Of a stretch of 64,000 bases of DNA, positions 1 to 13,699 are shown one piece after another. The stretch comes from Amphiscolops sp. MND2022 (taxonomy: Eukaryota). Position numbers and translations under genes: made by a program. The notes below the pieces were generated by a model that made no database searches, was not told the origin of the DNA, and was given only the letters and a program-made list of their open reading frames with translations. The stretch is taken from NCBI GenBank assembly GCA_964187785.1, contig OZ076409.1, positions 90,522,001 through 90,586,000 of the forward strand, given 5' to 3'. The first letter of the stretch is position 1. The number at the start of each line of letters is the position of its first letter.

Positions 1-89
1 TTTTTCATGAAAATGTCCTACGCATATCTCAAAAACTGCGCGTTTTGAGCCTAAGATTAAGCGCCGACGTTAGATGTTCCCGTCTTGTT
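1..89 (+). mobile_element. 3' end of a Helentron-associated (HINE/DINE-1-like) non-autonomous element
   Basis: Ends with TTTTGAGCCTAAGATTAAGCGCCGAC...GATG-ttcc-CGTC-TTGTT, the same 3' sub-terminal repeat plus short hairpin seen at 2145-2189 and 8521-8567. Confidence 0.6.
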
Positions 90-445
90 CAATTTAGCAA
101 TATACGAAAGTGTGACAAGTAGTTATTTTGTACCACTATCTTCTCCCCTACAAAACGGTATATATAATTTGGATATAATGTCACTGATTCGAAGACAGCG
201 CATTTTCAATATACGTGATAATTAAAGGGGTTTTGTTTTGGTCAATTTGAATTTTCTGTGAATTTAATTCTCCGTGGCTTCGAATCCACGAACTCCTGCT
301 TTCAAGGCGCGCGGACAAAGTGAGTCGGACTTAAAATCTTATGTAGTTTACATAAATGTTTGTTAGCAAGTTTTATCAACGATATAACATGAGTTCATAA
401 TTTTGATATTACATGAATTACTATTGGTCTGATTTGAGGTCTTAA

Positions 446-1212
446 TTTTAGTCGGCGTTTTTCAAAAAAACCAACTATAGCAGTGCCTCTTTTAAAAAAT
501 GAACGAAGAGCCAGATTTCTATAGACTATTCGATAACTATAAGCAATTACTTAGCTGTAATTTAGTAACATCTAACTGCCATCTAACGCATATTTCGTGA
601 GGTCTGAGAAGCAAAAGTTCGTGGATTCGAGTCTCGCACTAAAGTGAATTTCTATGATGCTTGTAAAAGTAGAGAGGAGACCAAAGGGTCCACCCTTTTG
701 TTTTTTCTGTGCATTTTTTCAGATTTTTTGCAAACCTTAATTCCTTCCCTTGATTTTCAGCAGAAACAGTGCGTAGATGCAAGCGTAGATGGCCACTTCA
801 GGGTTTTTCGGCACTGTGCGACTTACAGTGCTTTTTCAATATACATTATAACGAAAGGGTTTTTGTGTTGGTCAATTGGACTTTTCTGTGAATTTATTTC
901 TGCGTGGCTTCGAATACAGCGCTTTTTCAATATACATTATAATGAAAGGGCTTTTGTAGTGGTCGATTTGAATTTGTGCTTTAACAAAACTTGAAAATAA
1001 TTCGGAGAGTTTTTTGTTCGAATTTTTTTTGAGGTTTTCTTTAGAAGAAAATAATTTCCCGGGTCTTGAGGTTGACTTTTTTGTAAATTTTTGATCCTCT
1101 ATGACACTGATGAGTTTTCTCGATGATTGTGGAAAACGCGAGTTGGAACCTCTTTTTTGGCACTATGAATCTCTCCGTAGAAAAAATAATTTGGGCCGTT
1201 CCCCAGCTTGTT
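446..1212 (+). mobile_element. Degenerate Helentron-associated element copy
   Basis: Starts TTTTAGTCGGCG, contains the AAAGGGTCC and TTTTTCGGCACTGTGCGACT internal modules, and ends GGCCGTTCCCCAGCTTGTT. Confidence 0.5.
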
Positions 1213-1670
1213 AAATATTTCAAACGCAAAGACGGTACAATATTGGCTTGTGGTTATCTGATCTAAAGTTTTTTCTCGATATGAACGTCAGGAGAAAATG
1301 AACAAACTAGGAAAATATCTGCTTCACATAATATTAAAACATTTGCATTTAAGTGATGTTCTAGGGTTCAAACTTGCGGCGAAGTTCGAAGACAGTTTGT
1401 TTGCCACTTCCACAGAAACATTTTACGGTTGAATAAAACGATGAAAAGTTTCCAAAAAATGAAAAAAAAACGTTGAGCTCTTGGTTATTTTCCGTCCTTA
1501 ACTAGTGACAACATTTTTTGAGACTCGCGCATCCGCGATAAAGTACAAAACATATCAAAAAGTGCAAAAGTTGGTCCTTTTTGAATTTTTGTTCATTTTA
1601 GCCAATACATGAAAAGGTTCCAAAAAAAGCTCAAATTTGTCGAAAACTCACCTGTTCGAGTTACCTGTTG

Positions 1671-2189
1671 TTAGTCGGCGTATTTTAGTAGAAAAGGTGC
1701 CCGACTATTACAGTGTGTAGTTTTTTTTAGGTCCACTTTTTTGTTCATTTGTTCAGCAACTTGAACTACGGAGGCTCAAAACACTCGAACCTCAGAAGCG
1801 CGTCCAAAACGAAAAGAAAAAAAACAGACGTCCAGAACCTCAAAAACACACTAAGGATCCCCCTTAGCCCTACTTTGTTTCGGCACTATGCGACTTTTTT
1901 TGAAACTTTTTGGATTCCACCAAAGGATCCCTCCATCATTTGTTTCGATATTTTGCAACAATGGATGTCCAAAAATCGCAAAGGGTCCCCCTTTTACATT
2001 TTACGGCACTCTGACACTATTCAAAAATCTCATTTTAAAGCTTTTTGGGAATTTCAAGTCACCGAAGGGTCCTCTTTATTTTTCTTTAAAATTTTGCAAC
2101 CAGCTGGAGTTTCACAAAACCCAAAGGGTCCTCCTTTTACAATTTTGAGCCTTAGATATAGCGCCGACCTTGGCCGTTCACGGCTTGTT
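1671..2189 (+). mobile_element. Helentron-associated non-autonomous element (HINE/DINE-1-like)
   Basis: 5' TTAGTCGGCG with nearby partial inverted copy GCCCGACT, internal AAGGGTCCCC/TTCGGCACT modules, 3' GCGCCGACC then hairpin GCCG-ttca-CGGC and TTGTT. Confidence 0.7.
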
Positions 2190-2289
2190 ATTGAATATAG
2201 TTGAACCATTGCCGATATCCTTGTGTTGTTTACAACGAATAAGTTTCTTAACATCGCACAGTAGCAAGCTCAACTTTTATCTGTCAAAC

Positions 2290-4200
2290 AACTTCACGAC
2301 ATCGATATAAAACCGAATTTGTCTGGTGAAATAATACCAACAAAAACCAGATGATTGAAGAAAGAACCCGAAAATAGATAAGACTTTCTTTGTGGCGCCG
2401 AACCTCCAGCAAACGAGAACAGCACCAGAAGAAAATTCAGCAAAGACACCGGCACACTGAAATTGGACCATTTGATATAACTATTCAAAGACTACTGGGT
2501 GCCTAAAAGAAAACAGCTGCTAAGATTCAGACTGGTCCAAAAACACAGCACCAGAAGAACACTGGCGGAAACTGGTAGCATTAGAAAAGAATTGTGACTT
2601 TAAGGACATGAAGCAAAAACTGTTCACAACGACCCACACGTTCGAAAACGCCGAATTAAAAATACAAAAAAACGAGATGCTACCCGATACAACTTAGAGT
2701 TCAACTGATACTTTATAACTTACAGAACGACGTAAAAAACGAACTTGAACGATTATTAAAACCCAAACACCTGGAAAGACTAGAAGTTACAGAAATCTGT
2801 TTCGTGCCCCCGTTTTTATTATTGTTGAAAAAGACAAATCAGCAAAATATGTTTCAGACTCCCGTGATAAACACAAGAGCTGCATAAAACAACACCTCAC
2901 ATGTCAAACATCAAAGTGCTACTAAAACAAGTAACCTCCGAACAATCAAGAAACGAAACCGACCGCTTTTGGATTCAGTAGTAGACCTCGACTACGAATA
3001 CGAAAAAATAATGCTGGCTTGCGAAAACTGCAATTTTGGAATCACTGTGGCTATATTGACGGATTTTACCGCTTCCTAAAAAGTTTTTACAGACCAGCCG
3101 AGATACTCGCAATCATTTAGGAAATATGCCAATTACACATTAAGAAAACCTCCGGAAAAGAACTGAGCAACAGCAATAACATCAACAACGACAAACTTAA
3201 TACCACTGGGGACAGCAGATGACCAAAACATGGCCATGGTGAAAAAAAAGAGATAGATCGCCCGAGACGTAGTTTTCGAAACGAGCAGAAGAGAGCTAGC
3301 GAGAGAGAGCTACCACTACTATTGACGAAATTTTTGTACATTATGTACGAATCAAACGCAAGTGGCGAAGGAAGCGGAAAGAAACTAGCAGCAAGAAAAA
3401 AGGGCGTGTGCAGCGAAACTCGATATCATGCTGGATTCAGAAACACTAATGAAAGAAAACGCTGCAAACCATGACCAGATTGAACTAAAATGCTGCTCAG
3501 AAGACAACAACTTGCGCCGATCTTTCAAAGACTACAAACAAGAAATGAAGAAACTCGCACACTGCTGGGTATTCACAATGCTATACGACAAAATCATCAT
3601 CCCAAAAAGTCGACGATATGCGCACTCAACGCAATACATTTGGGTCTCTCCGAGATCAACAAATGAGCCTTTTTCTGATAACCATATTTGCGAGCAGGTA
3701 TCAAGCAAAATTCGAAGACGTGCTCATCTTGCCTAAATGCTGATAAAACTTTGAAGTATCAAATCCTTGCATTAAGAAAACAAAACTGAACCATCAGACC
3801 AACTAGAAGATGCAATTGAATATGACCTCATGGGAACGTTACCTAGCAAACATTTCATGACATGCCCTTTTATACTAGTAGCAATAGTCGCTGACTGGTA
3901 GTAAAAATAGCAAAAACACTAGTACTCACAGTCATTTAGTAAATAGACCAAAAACACACATTAAGCAAACCCCGGCAAAGAACTGAGCGACAGCAATAAC
4001 ATCAACAATGCCAAACTTAATACCACTGGGGACAGCAGATGACCAAAACATGGCCATCGTAAAAAAAGAGATAGATCGCCGGAGACGTAGACATAGTACT
4101 TAACAACGAATGCATCCTCAAGATGACACCAATCCCACCCCCGAAACAAGTTCCAATACTGGAAAAAGAGATAACAAACCGATACTATCGGTAATAAAAA
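2290..4200 (+). pseudogene. Heavily decayed Ty3/gypsy pol remnants
   Basis: Fragmentary translations resemble the region before the integrase zinc finger (3428-3736, ...KIIIPKSRRYA); A-rich retroelement-like composition; no intact domain. Confidence 0.4.
3136..4090 (+). repeat. ~135 bp direct repeat pair (about 3136-3272 and 3957-4090)
   Basis: CACATTAAG...CAAACTTAATACCACTGGGGACAGCAGATGACCAAAACATGGCCAT...GAGACGTAG occurs twice with few substitutions. Confidence 0.85.
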
Positions 4201-4202
4201 TC

Positions 4203-4685
4203 AACAAGATGGGAACATCAGAAATCAGCGCCATATCTTTGGCTCAATATGCGCAGTTTTTGAAAAATTTGTGGGACGTTTTCATAGAAAACGTCTGTTT
4301 TCGAAACTCCGCCTCCTCCTCACCAAAACGCAATATAGTTCGGATGTAACGTTGAAAGTTCGGATATAGTGCTTTAATCCGGATAATACGAGGGAGGACT
4401 TCAATACAACCGACAGGAGACCCATTGGAGACAAAAAAACTCGAAAAAAAGTCGCACAGTGCCGAAAACAATTGAAATGGGGAACCCTTCAGACTCGCCC
4501 GGTTTTGTATGTTTTGATCAAAAAGTAAAAAATGAAAGGAGGGACCCTTTGCAGTAACTTAGACGCGTTTACTGGGTATTCGTTTAGTTGAACAAATTGA
4601 ACAAAAATTTCCTGGCATTCGAGTGTGTCTTAAAAAAACAGTGACTGTAATAGTCGGGCTCTTTTCTAAAAGCGCCGACTAAAAA
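4203..4685 (-). mobile_element. Helentron-associated element, reverse orientation
   Basis: Reverse complement begins TTTTTAGTCGGCGCTTTTAGAAAAGAGCCCGACTATTACAG and ends GATATGGCGCTGA...GATG-ttcc-CATC-TTGTT. Confidence 0.65.
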
Positions 4686-7600
4686 CGTAGTCTTATGCAA
4701 AACAAAGCGGAGAACTAGGCGGCGTGTTGTACTATAATGGAAGTAACAGAGAGAAAACTGATGTTTACATTGATTTGTTACATCAAAACCAAACAACCAG
4801 TCAACAACATTTGAGGACACAGAAATCCGGAATATACGGATTTTGACAAAACATACGAACTTCATCACCATATAATACCGCAACTCGGTACAGTACTCCA
4901 CTAACTTGATCCTGCTGTAGGAGGGGGAACCTTTTGTTGAATGTATGTATGTATACGATGAAAATTTGAGGTGTATATTGTTATAGAACATAGTTGAACC
5001 ATTGCCAATACTCTTGCTGATTAACACGATCATGTTTCCTAACAACAAATATAGTATTTTATTATTGGTCTCGTAAAAAAATCCCAGGAGCAAGGGTACT
5101 AAAAGTATGTCAGAATTTAATTGGAAATGCGAAAGTCTCATCAAAGTTGTTTGAAAATGACAGAATTTCTGAATGAAAATACAATTAATGAAAGATTTTG
5201 CATTCGCAGTTTTATTTCTTGAGCTTTTTCTATGCAGTATCTCAGAAACGAACAATTGTATTGCAAACCTTTTGTGATATTTCCAATTACAAAAGATGAC
5301 ATCACAGAGTCTAGATTTTTTGCATTGACTTGTAGTTGAAACACCCAAAGATTTACGCACGCAATAAGTGAAATTGCACTAAATTTACAATACAATATTT
5401 TTTTGATTGTTTTCAACAGTACATTAGCCTCTCCAGTGCACCGAGAAGTTGAAAAATTGACGGAAAGTTGCAATTTTTTTGAAGCTTCAGTTCTCCTAGA
5501 ATAAAAGCCGCAGCTTAAATCTGTTTTCTGTTCCTGAAAGCCTTTCACCTAAGCTTTCAAATGCATACTAGCTTCCAAATGCTTCGCCTGGCCTTTCCAA
5601 CGCCGATTGAACTCATAACTGAAGCTTCATTGAAACAATTCCATATGCGTTTCAATGGTGTCCTCCTACTGTGCTACAAGAGTGGGACAGTAACTTAGGA
5701 AACAGTTTCTCAGCTTTTGAGAAAGAAAATCATTTTTTGAAATTTAGTTTTTTGCAACTTTCACCATTTCCCAGTTACTTTTTTGCCGGTGGCTGGGGAA
5801 AAACTATATTGACACAAATAACAACTCACCCCAGATACTCCAATAGATCGTCGATAAGAAAGACAAGTTTTCGTTTTCCTCTATTCGTTTTTGGGTTTCG
5901 TAATTTTGTATTGATTGCTAAAAAATCGCTGTCCTCGTTTGAGGACGAAACACTGCCGAGTTAAAACATTCTACTGTGCTCTATTTTGCTGACTACACAT
6001 AATTGCACATAATCAGCTACTAATTTATGCTCAGTTAGTCCAATAGACTGTCGAAAAGGAAACATATTTTTGTGTTTCGTAATTTTTCATTGATTGTGAA
6101 TAAATCCGCTCATCTGCGGACGAAATCCCTGTCGCGGTTAAAACGTTTTGTTCAAGCATGGAAAGATAACTTGTTGAAACGAGATTTGAGAAACGTAAAA
6201 AAGCATTACTTTTCAGCATTTCAAAACGATGTTTTGAAACAAAGCGAAACCTGGACGTTTCGAGCACTCAGAGAGTAAAGGAAAAGTTCTGAAAGAAGCA
6301 CAGCATACTTCGTTCATCCCAGTTTGTTGATTTTGGTTGGTCGAGACTTGTCAAGAAATCCGGAAGCATTTTCTTAACGGTTTTTCACAAGCACTTCCAA
6401 AACTTGTCAGCACTTTGCCAGAAACGTTTTGCCGGCGTCTATCCTGCCAATTTGCGTGAATATATATTTTTTCCAATTCTTCGTTTTTTTCTTTTCTTCT
6501 TTCTCTGCTCAGTGGTCCACCTGTTAGCAAACTGCATTAAAAAGATCAAGCAAAACCAGCTCGAGGTGCTTTCGGGCAATAATATCTCTGAAATTTTTAT
6601 ATTCTCTACGATTATACGCGCAGTTGGTCATTTAACTTAGCAAACTAGTCATTTTTCGGCTAGTTAAGACTTGCGTTTGATGTGTTTTTGAAATTGTTTA
6701 ATTATAGATGATATTGGTTATTTGATCTTCGGAATATTGCAAATTGAAACTACTTCTTCATCCATTCAAACTGGCCTTTCATGAAAATTGAAAAAAGATC
6801 CCATTTACTTTCATCAACATGACGTCAAGTAGATTTTCCATAATTTAGATTTCGGGATAACACAAAAAATCTATCTTGGTATTTAAAAAAGTAATTTAGG
6901 AGCGTCTCAAAGTCTGCTTATCAATTTCGTTATAAAAGTTAGCTCCAAATCATTTAAAAAAAAGATATTTCATGAATACATCAATAAACAATTTAGTCTC
7001 GAAAAGTTTTTTAGCAAATTCTTTTTCTCATCGAAGCTTGTAAGCTGTTTGGTTAAAGTTAGGTAAGTTAAAGTAAAGTTTTCTGAGTTTGCTTTTTTGG
7101 CTGCACTTTTTCTATAAATTTTAAAAAAATCAAATGCGCCACTCAATATGTTTGTCAGTCCGCATCGAAGCCTATAGATGTCATCTTGCAAGAAATACAT
7201 CAAACCAAGAGCAAACTTTTTTGTCAGAAAAATGCCAGAAAAAGATTCTCGCAAGATTTGAATTTTTTCAACTAGGGTTTTTCATCGTTGCAAAAATGAT
7301 CAAAATATAACGGAGGAACATTTTCTAATTATTTAAGCACTTATAAAGTATACGGCTATTTGATCAAAGTGTATCACGTCATGACAATTTCGTTTCAAAA
7401 ACTTCCTTACCAAAATATCAAAATATCAACTTGATCAATTGCTTTTATCCAATTGCATAAACGAAAATTCTCTGACAACGAGTACTTTTTATTCACTTTA
7501 CTCAGTTGCAAGAAGAAGAATACTTTTATTTAGTTCATACCCCGGGTTGCCACCTCAGAGACCTTTTTTTGAAAAAAAACCTCAGAGAAACCAGTGACAA

Positions 7601-8098
7601 AATGTTGGTAGAAAAGATCTGACCAAAAGCTGGCCCTAGACTGATAAATCTGTTGCCTCTGGGTCCCAGCTCCGACAGAACACGAAATCTCTGATCTACC
7701 TGTGGGGGGTGTCAACCTGGGACCATGTAACAAAAAAAGGCTCAAAAACCTTTCATAGCATTTTCCCTTTGTTATAGTTATTTATATATTTAAAGAACTC
7801 AGAATCCGTTTTTTTAGAGGAAAGTTTTTCCATGTTCACTCCGTCTAATGATCTCTAAATGAACAAGCTTTCATGCACCGCTGATACCAGATATAACATT
7901 TATGAACTTTCTGTAAGTTTTTGTTATAAAGAATATCTGTAGATCACAAACCTAGTTTTTTTTCACAACTAAGTTATTACCGTGTGAGCTAAAAAGTAGA
8001 CTGCTACTGTAATAGCTATCTGTAGCTGAGATGTTTGGAGAAAACTCGTGAACAAGCAATACTGTATTCTCGTTAGACCTTGTGGCAAATGGCCGTAA

Positions 8099-8567
8099 TT
8101 TTAGTCGGCGCCTTTTCCCTTAAGGAAAAAAGCCCGACTCTTACAGTGAGTAGTTTTTTTTTTTGTTTTTTTCAGTTGACAATCTCACTCTGAGTGGTCC
8201 ACTTTTCTTACAATTCTTACAATTTTCAAAATCTTACAATTATTACTTAGCAAAATTAAAATACTGGCGCAAAAGTAGTTTTTATATCATCTAAGGGTCC
8301 CCAAAGGGTATTTTCGGCACTGTGCGACTTTTTTTCGAAAAAATTTTTATTGTTCCAAAAGGGTCCCCCCTTCGAGTTTTTTCATATTTTGCAACTGAAT
8401 GTATGTTAATACATCACAAAGGGTCCCCCCTTTTACATTTTTCGGCACTATGCGACTTTTTTTTGAAAGAATTTTTTTTCAAAAATTCATGTTTTTTTCC
8501 AAAAAAAATTTTTTTGCGCTTTTTGAGCCTTAGATATGGCGCCGACTTTGGACGTTCTCGTCTTGTT
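8099..8567 (+). mobile_element. Helentron-associated element inserted in the 3' LTR of the Mag-like element
   Basis: Absent from the partner LTR; inserted in a T run with no TSD; AGTCGGCGC / GCGCCGACT sub-terminal inverted repeats and 3' hairpin GACG-ttct-CGTC. Confidence 0.8.
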
Positions 8568-8851
8568 TATATCAAGATTTTTACAGTTTTTGTATGTAAA
8601 CAACTTGTTCAATTAATTATTTTAGACTGGTCTTTTTTTGTTGAGTTCAGTTTGAGATTGCTCTCTCACATCCCTCCTTTTAAAGGTAAGTTACACCGAT
8701 AATAAATGTACGTAATACTGCTGATTTAACAAACAAATATGTATGTATTGGTGAGCAACAATTAACAGAAATGGGTATTTTTGTATAGTAAATACCGTGG
8801 AGTTTTTAAAGTTTTTGAAGTTAGGACTCCTGTAAGATTGTTTTAGTTTTC

Positions 8852-11800
8852 TTAAGTTGGCTGTGGTCCGTTTATTTTTGTAATCATGACGTTTTGTCTG
8901 AAGAAGTCCGTTTTCATTCGGTTTCTTTCTCCTCTTCGTACTTCCATTTGTGAAGTTTGTATTGTGTCATGTCGCGGGGGCATGTCGTTTTCTTGTTTTA
9001 TTTTTGTGGTTTGGGCGTTGTCCCGTACCATCTCCTCCTCCTCTTCGGAATCTGACAGATTAATTGTGGATCGTGTTTCCGGAATTGGAATTGGCGGTAG
9101 TTTTTGTCTTATGTTCCGTTTTTGTTGTCTGCGTGCTTTTTCTTTGAGTTGTTCAATTGCTGTCTTCTTTTTGATTTTTGCTTTCTGTTGAGTTTCTTGA
9201 CGTGATTCATTTGTTTTCACTATGTCTCTTTCGGGTTCTTGTTCTTTTTCGTTGTGTTGAATTGTTGTTTGTGCGGTTCTGGTATGTTGTTATAGAATGG
9301 CAGTTCTGTTGTTTCTGGCATTTCCAATAGTTCTGCCATTTCGCGTTGGTTTTCCAACAGTCGACGATCGGCTTCTTTTGGGCTACATGGTTGGTCATTT
9401 TGATTTGCCAAATCTCTTTTGGAGATTACTGTCTTTTGATTGGAGGCTGCGGGTAAAAAAGTGATTGTGTGCTCTGATTGCTCCAGGAGTTTGCCCTTCC
9501 TCTTTTTGTAGGCGCTTTCCAATTTGCTGCCCCTGACACGTTCTCGCACTGAGATTGTCGAGTCTTGTCCTGACTCGAAGTCCGACGTTGACAGTTTGAC
9601 TTCTGCTGGGTCTGAAATAGTTGTTGAACGACTGATTAGTAGTTTTTTAATTGTATTTGTTTCATTTCCCACATAACGTTCGTATGAAGATTTCCCTGAT
9701 TTGGACGGGTACATGCGTAGTGCAAACAGAATTTCAGAGAGGCTTGACTGATCTTTTGTTAGAACAATTTGTTTGTTAATTCTCAATCTTTCGTTGATGG
9801 TTCGAATTAATCTTTCGATTTTTCCATTTCCGCGGTGATCTTTAATGGGGCATTTTATATGTCTGGTTTGTCTCTTTGCGCAAAAGGCTTTGAAGCGTTT
9901 ACTACGGAAAATAGTTGCCGGATCAGTACGAATGTTTTGCGGAATTCCGTGTCTAGCTATATTGTTTTTGAGAAATTCTTTTACTTTTTCTGTAGTCGGT
10001 TTTCTTAGAAATTTTGCTTCTGGCCACCCTGTTAAGTGGTCAATGGAAACTAAAAGGTATTGTTTTGCTTTTGGGGCATTTTGAAATGGTCCTGCGAAAT
10101 CAATCGCTATTTCTTGATTGATTTCCAATGGCTTTGGTAGTTTTCCAAAATGTGTTTGTGTTAGAATAGGTTTAAGGCTCTTACCTGAGTCTTGGCACTG
10201 GGGGCAAGTTTAGCTAAACGAGACAACTTCGCAATGCAGTCGCGGCCTCCAAATGTTTGAAACTGTGTCTGACATCGTGTCGCGGCCTGGGTAGCCGTAG
10301 TGTAACAATCGAATAATGATTGGACGTAATGCCTTTGGTATTACGAGTCTTTCATCCATGTATATGAGTTTGCTTTGATCCAGGCTTAGACATTAAAACT
10401 TTTCTCTCCAAGGCGTTGGGAGCCTGTTAATTTTTGTGCTGTCGGGTTTTTGAATTAATGCTACTGCTTTTCGGATGAATTCATCAGTTTCGTATTGGGA
10501 AGCAAAAGTATAGTTTCCCAACGTTTGAAGGACTTCTATCTGATTTACGTTGTAGCATATAGGCGTTTTTATTGGTGGCTGATTTGCCGAGTAGTTGAAT
10601 TCTTCATTCATCGTGTTATTTTCACTCAAATCGTCTGTCTCACTGGATTGCGCAGTGTTTACGATTGTGGCTATCTCTTTGATTATTTGTTTATTTGCTA
10701 ATCCGTTCGCACTTGTCACGCCGCGCGTGCTTGCCATTCCGCTCTCGCTTGCTATTCCGTTCTCGCTTGCCATATCTTTGCGACTGTGTGATTGGTTGTT
10801 CTTTTCTGAATGTTCTTCTATTGGTTGAGTTTCCGCGATGGGCTTCTGTTGGTTTTCTGAAACAAATTTATTACAGGTTTTTTCATTTACCGTAAACCAG
10901 TTGTTCCACGTTTCTTCTGCTTCAATTTTGTGTATGTTATTATTATTTTCTGATGGGTAACGGGATAGATAATTTGCTGTCTTCATTGTGCGACCTGGGG
11001 CATGTACTACTGTAAATTGGATTGGTAGTAGGCGGTCTACCCACCTTGCTAGTCTATATGAAAATGTTTTGTTCGATCTATTTCCTTTTAATATTGACGC
11101 TAATGCCTTATGATCAGATGTGACTTCGAATTCTGTACCATATACGAAATTTCTAAAATTTTCTATAAACCAAACTACAGCTAATAATTCTAGTTCGTTA
11201 ATAGAGTATTTCTTCTCAAATTCTGTCAAGAATCTAGATGCGTAGTGAGTTGTTTCCCTTTCCAAGTTCTGTTTATGTTGTTGTACTGCCCCTAGCCCTT
11301 CATTGCTAGCGTCGCAGATGATTCTTGTTGGAACGTCTCTTTGGAAATGTTTTATTTCTATTATTTTCTTGATTGCTTCTTTGATTTGTTTAAATGCTTC
11401 TTCTTGCTCTTTATCCCTTTCCCAATCGTTATCCTTGCATAGTGGTGGTTTTTAGTGGGGCGCATAGATGAGCTGGGCCAGGAATGAATCTATTCATTTG
11501 ATTGATCGCTCCCATGAAAGATCGGAAGTCTTTCAGATTCTGTGGACGCGGTCTATCCGTGATGGCTTGCACTTTTTCATTTATTGGTTTGATCCCGGCT
11601 GCTGACAGTTTATAGCCCAGCTATTCTGTTTCCTTTTTTGCTAATTTACATTTTCTATTTTTTAACGTATTCCTGCTTGATCCAGGACAGTTAAAACTTC
11701 TTCGACCTTTTTCATGTGTGACTCTTTATTTCCTTTTGCTACTATTAAAATGTCATCAAGAAATACAAAGGTGTTCTTTGTTGTGTGTAGGATGTTATCC

Positions 11801-13699
11801 ATGATCGTTTGGAACTCTGGGGGCATTATTGTTAATCCATAATAACCTGTGTTGAATGCGTATGTTCCGGCTGACTCGCCTCCCAGAATCTGGAAATTGC
11901 AATGCTTTGCTGTGTCCGGGTGGAGTAGTGTTTGTCCATAAGGATATAGCTTATCCAGTGATGAGAACATTACTTCGCCTTCTTTGTCTTCGTTTACTAT
12001 CTCTGCAGTGTTTTCCATTAAGTTCCCCAAATTGGGCATTTGGTGATTACTTTTTAGAATGGCATTATTCAGCGATCTGGCATCTAGCGCAATCTGGACA
12101 CTTCTGTCCTTTTTGACTGTGAATACTACCGGTTGAATGATCATTTCGTCATATATTTTATCGACTCTTCTGATGTGTCCTGCTTCTAGTAGGCTCTTAA
12201 TTTCTGCGTCCACTGCCTTCTGGAGTTGCAGTTATCTTCGCTCCTTCTTTAAATCATTTTTTATGTTAAGACCTGAAGTTTTTCTTTGCCTTTCGAAGAG
12301 TTTTGGGAATTTGTTTTTCATTTGTTTTAGTTCTGGTGTTATTTCTACTTTATCTACATGATTTATAATGTTGTTATACTCACTTTCTGGTTTTGCTTCT
12401 GCTACATGAAAGTTTAGTTGTGTTAGCCAGTCGCGACCGATCAAGAACCTCTTCCCGTCTCTTGCAATTACCAGCCTTGCTTTCTTGATGTTTCGTTTCC
12501 CCACCTGCACGTCAACTGTAATGAAACCAAGTAAGTTTAACGGTTTTCCGTTATGTTCTACATATTGTTCTTTTCTCGACAGAGGCATGGTAAAAACAAA
12601 ATCTGACTTTAGTATGTTGCGTACGTCTTCTTTAGTAAAGATCATAATTGGTGATTCCGAGTAGGATCATTGTTGTAAATGGCTGTTTTTTTTATTTTCC
12701 CTTTCAACATGAAAGGAGGCGCGCCATTTCCTCCTTCTAAGCGCAATACTAGTTCATCTTCGTTTACGTCTGAGCTGTCCTCTGATTGATCCGCTGTTTG
12801 TCCAATAAGATTAACTCTTCTCATTCCGCCGCGATTTGCAAATTTGGCATTTTCTCTGGAGTTGGCAAATTTGGGTCTTTTGCACATTCGCATGAAATGT
12901 CCAATTACGCCACATTTGTGACATTTCTCTCCTTTTGCTTTGCACACAGATAAGGGGTTTTGATTGAACTCTAGACCACATCTTGTGCATGGGTTTCTTC
13001 CGCGGCCATCTATCGCGTATACTGTTTCTTTCTATATTGTACTGCCACCCGTGAAGGTTTGTTCTTGTGCGACCCCTTCTTCAAAGGCAATAGCGAATCG
13101 TAACGCTTCCTGCGGTTGATTTTTCGGATCAGTGCACAAGCGTTCTTGCACTGTTTTATTGTGCATGTTTTGTATGAATGCGTCCATGATCAATCCTTCC
13201 GTCTGTTGATCAAATTCACAATGTGCTGCTAGGCCAGTCAGTGCGTTCCAGAACTGTCGAAGTGTCTCATTAGGTTGTTGCTTTCGTGAAAAGAATTTGA
13301 AACGGTCTCATGTTCTGTTTCTGGGTCTTTGGAACGTTTCCTCGCAGTTGGTTTTGATATCATTTAGTGACGCTGTTGCAACTGTCATATTCGGATATTT
13401 GTCCGTTAGATTTTTTCGTCCAGCTGTTCCCAGAAACAAGAACAAAATGCTTACTATTTTGCGTTCTCCAGCCTGTTCGTTGATGTTGTTCAGTAAAGCT
13501 GCCTGCCGTGGTTGGTTTTGTGTGGGTGTTCGTAGTAATTCGTGAACGGAGATGAATGTTTGGCATTAACTGCTACTATGAAGATGTCCCACCATTTGTC
13601 CCATTCTGTTTTAGGTGGAGTCTCGTGATGATCCTAGAATGATGGCAGTCCCGCCAGAGCCGACGGTCCGCTTGCTGATGTGCTTTCGCTCGAGTCCAT
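8852..13699 (-). pseudogene. gag-pol: gag-pol of the Mag-like element with many stops and frameshifts
   Basis: Fragments: CHKCGVIGHFMRMC knuckle, protease-like segment (12232-12645), RT with FLDD (11662-12213), RNase H YSINELELLAVVW (10393-11265), integrase DFAGPF / TDPAT / GKIER (9220-10128). Confidence 0.9.

Noticed and set aside
195..975. Repeated ~55-90 bp units as a CRISPR array or tRNA gene
   Set aside because: Eukaryotic context, no regular repeat-spacer period, and only box-B-like fragments without a cloverleaf.
2197..5044. ATAGTTGAACCATTGCC...AACA segments (2197-2253, 4990-5044) as an LTR pair
   Set aside because: Similarity is short and degenerate, and no PBS, PPT or TSD could be confirmed.
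4584..5548. 258-aa and 135-aa minus-strand ORFs as genes
   Set aside because: No recognisable motifs, composition typical of AT-rich non-coding DNA, and overlap with repeat sequence.
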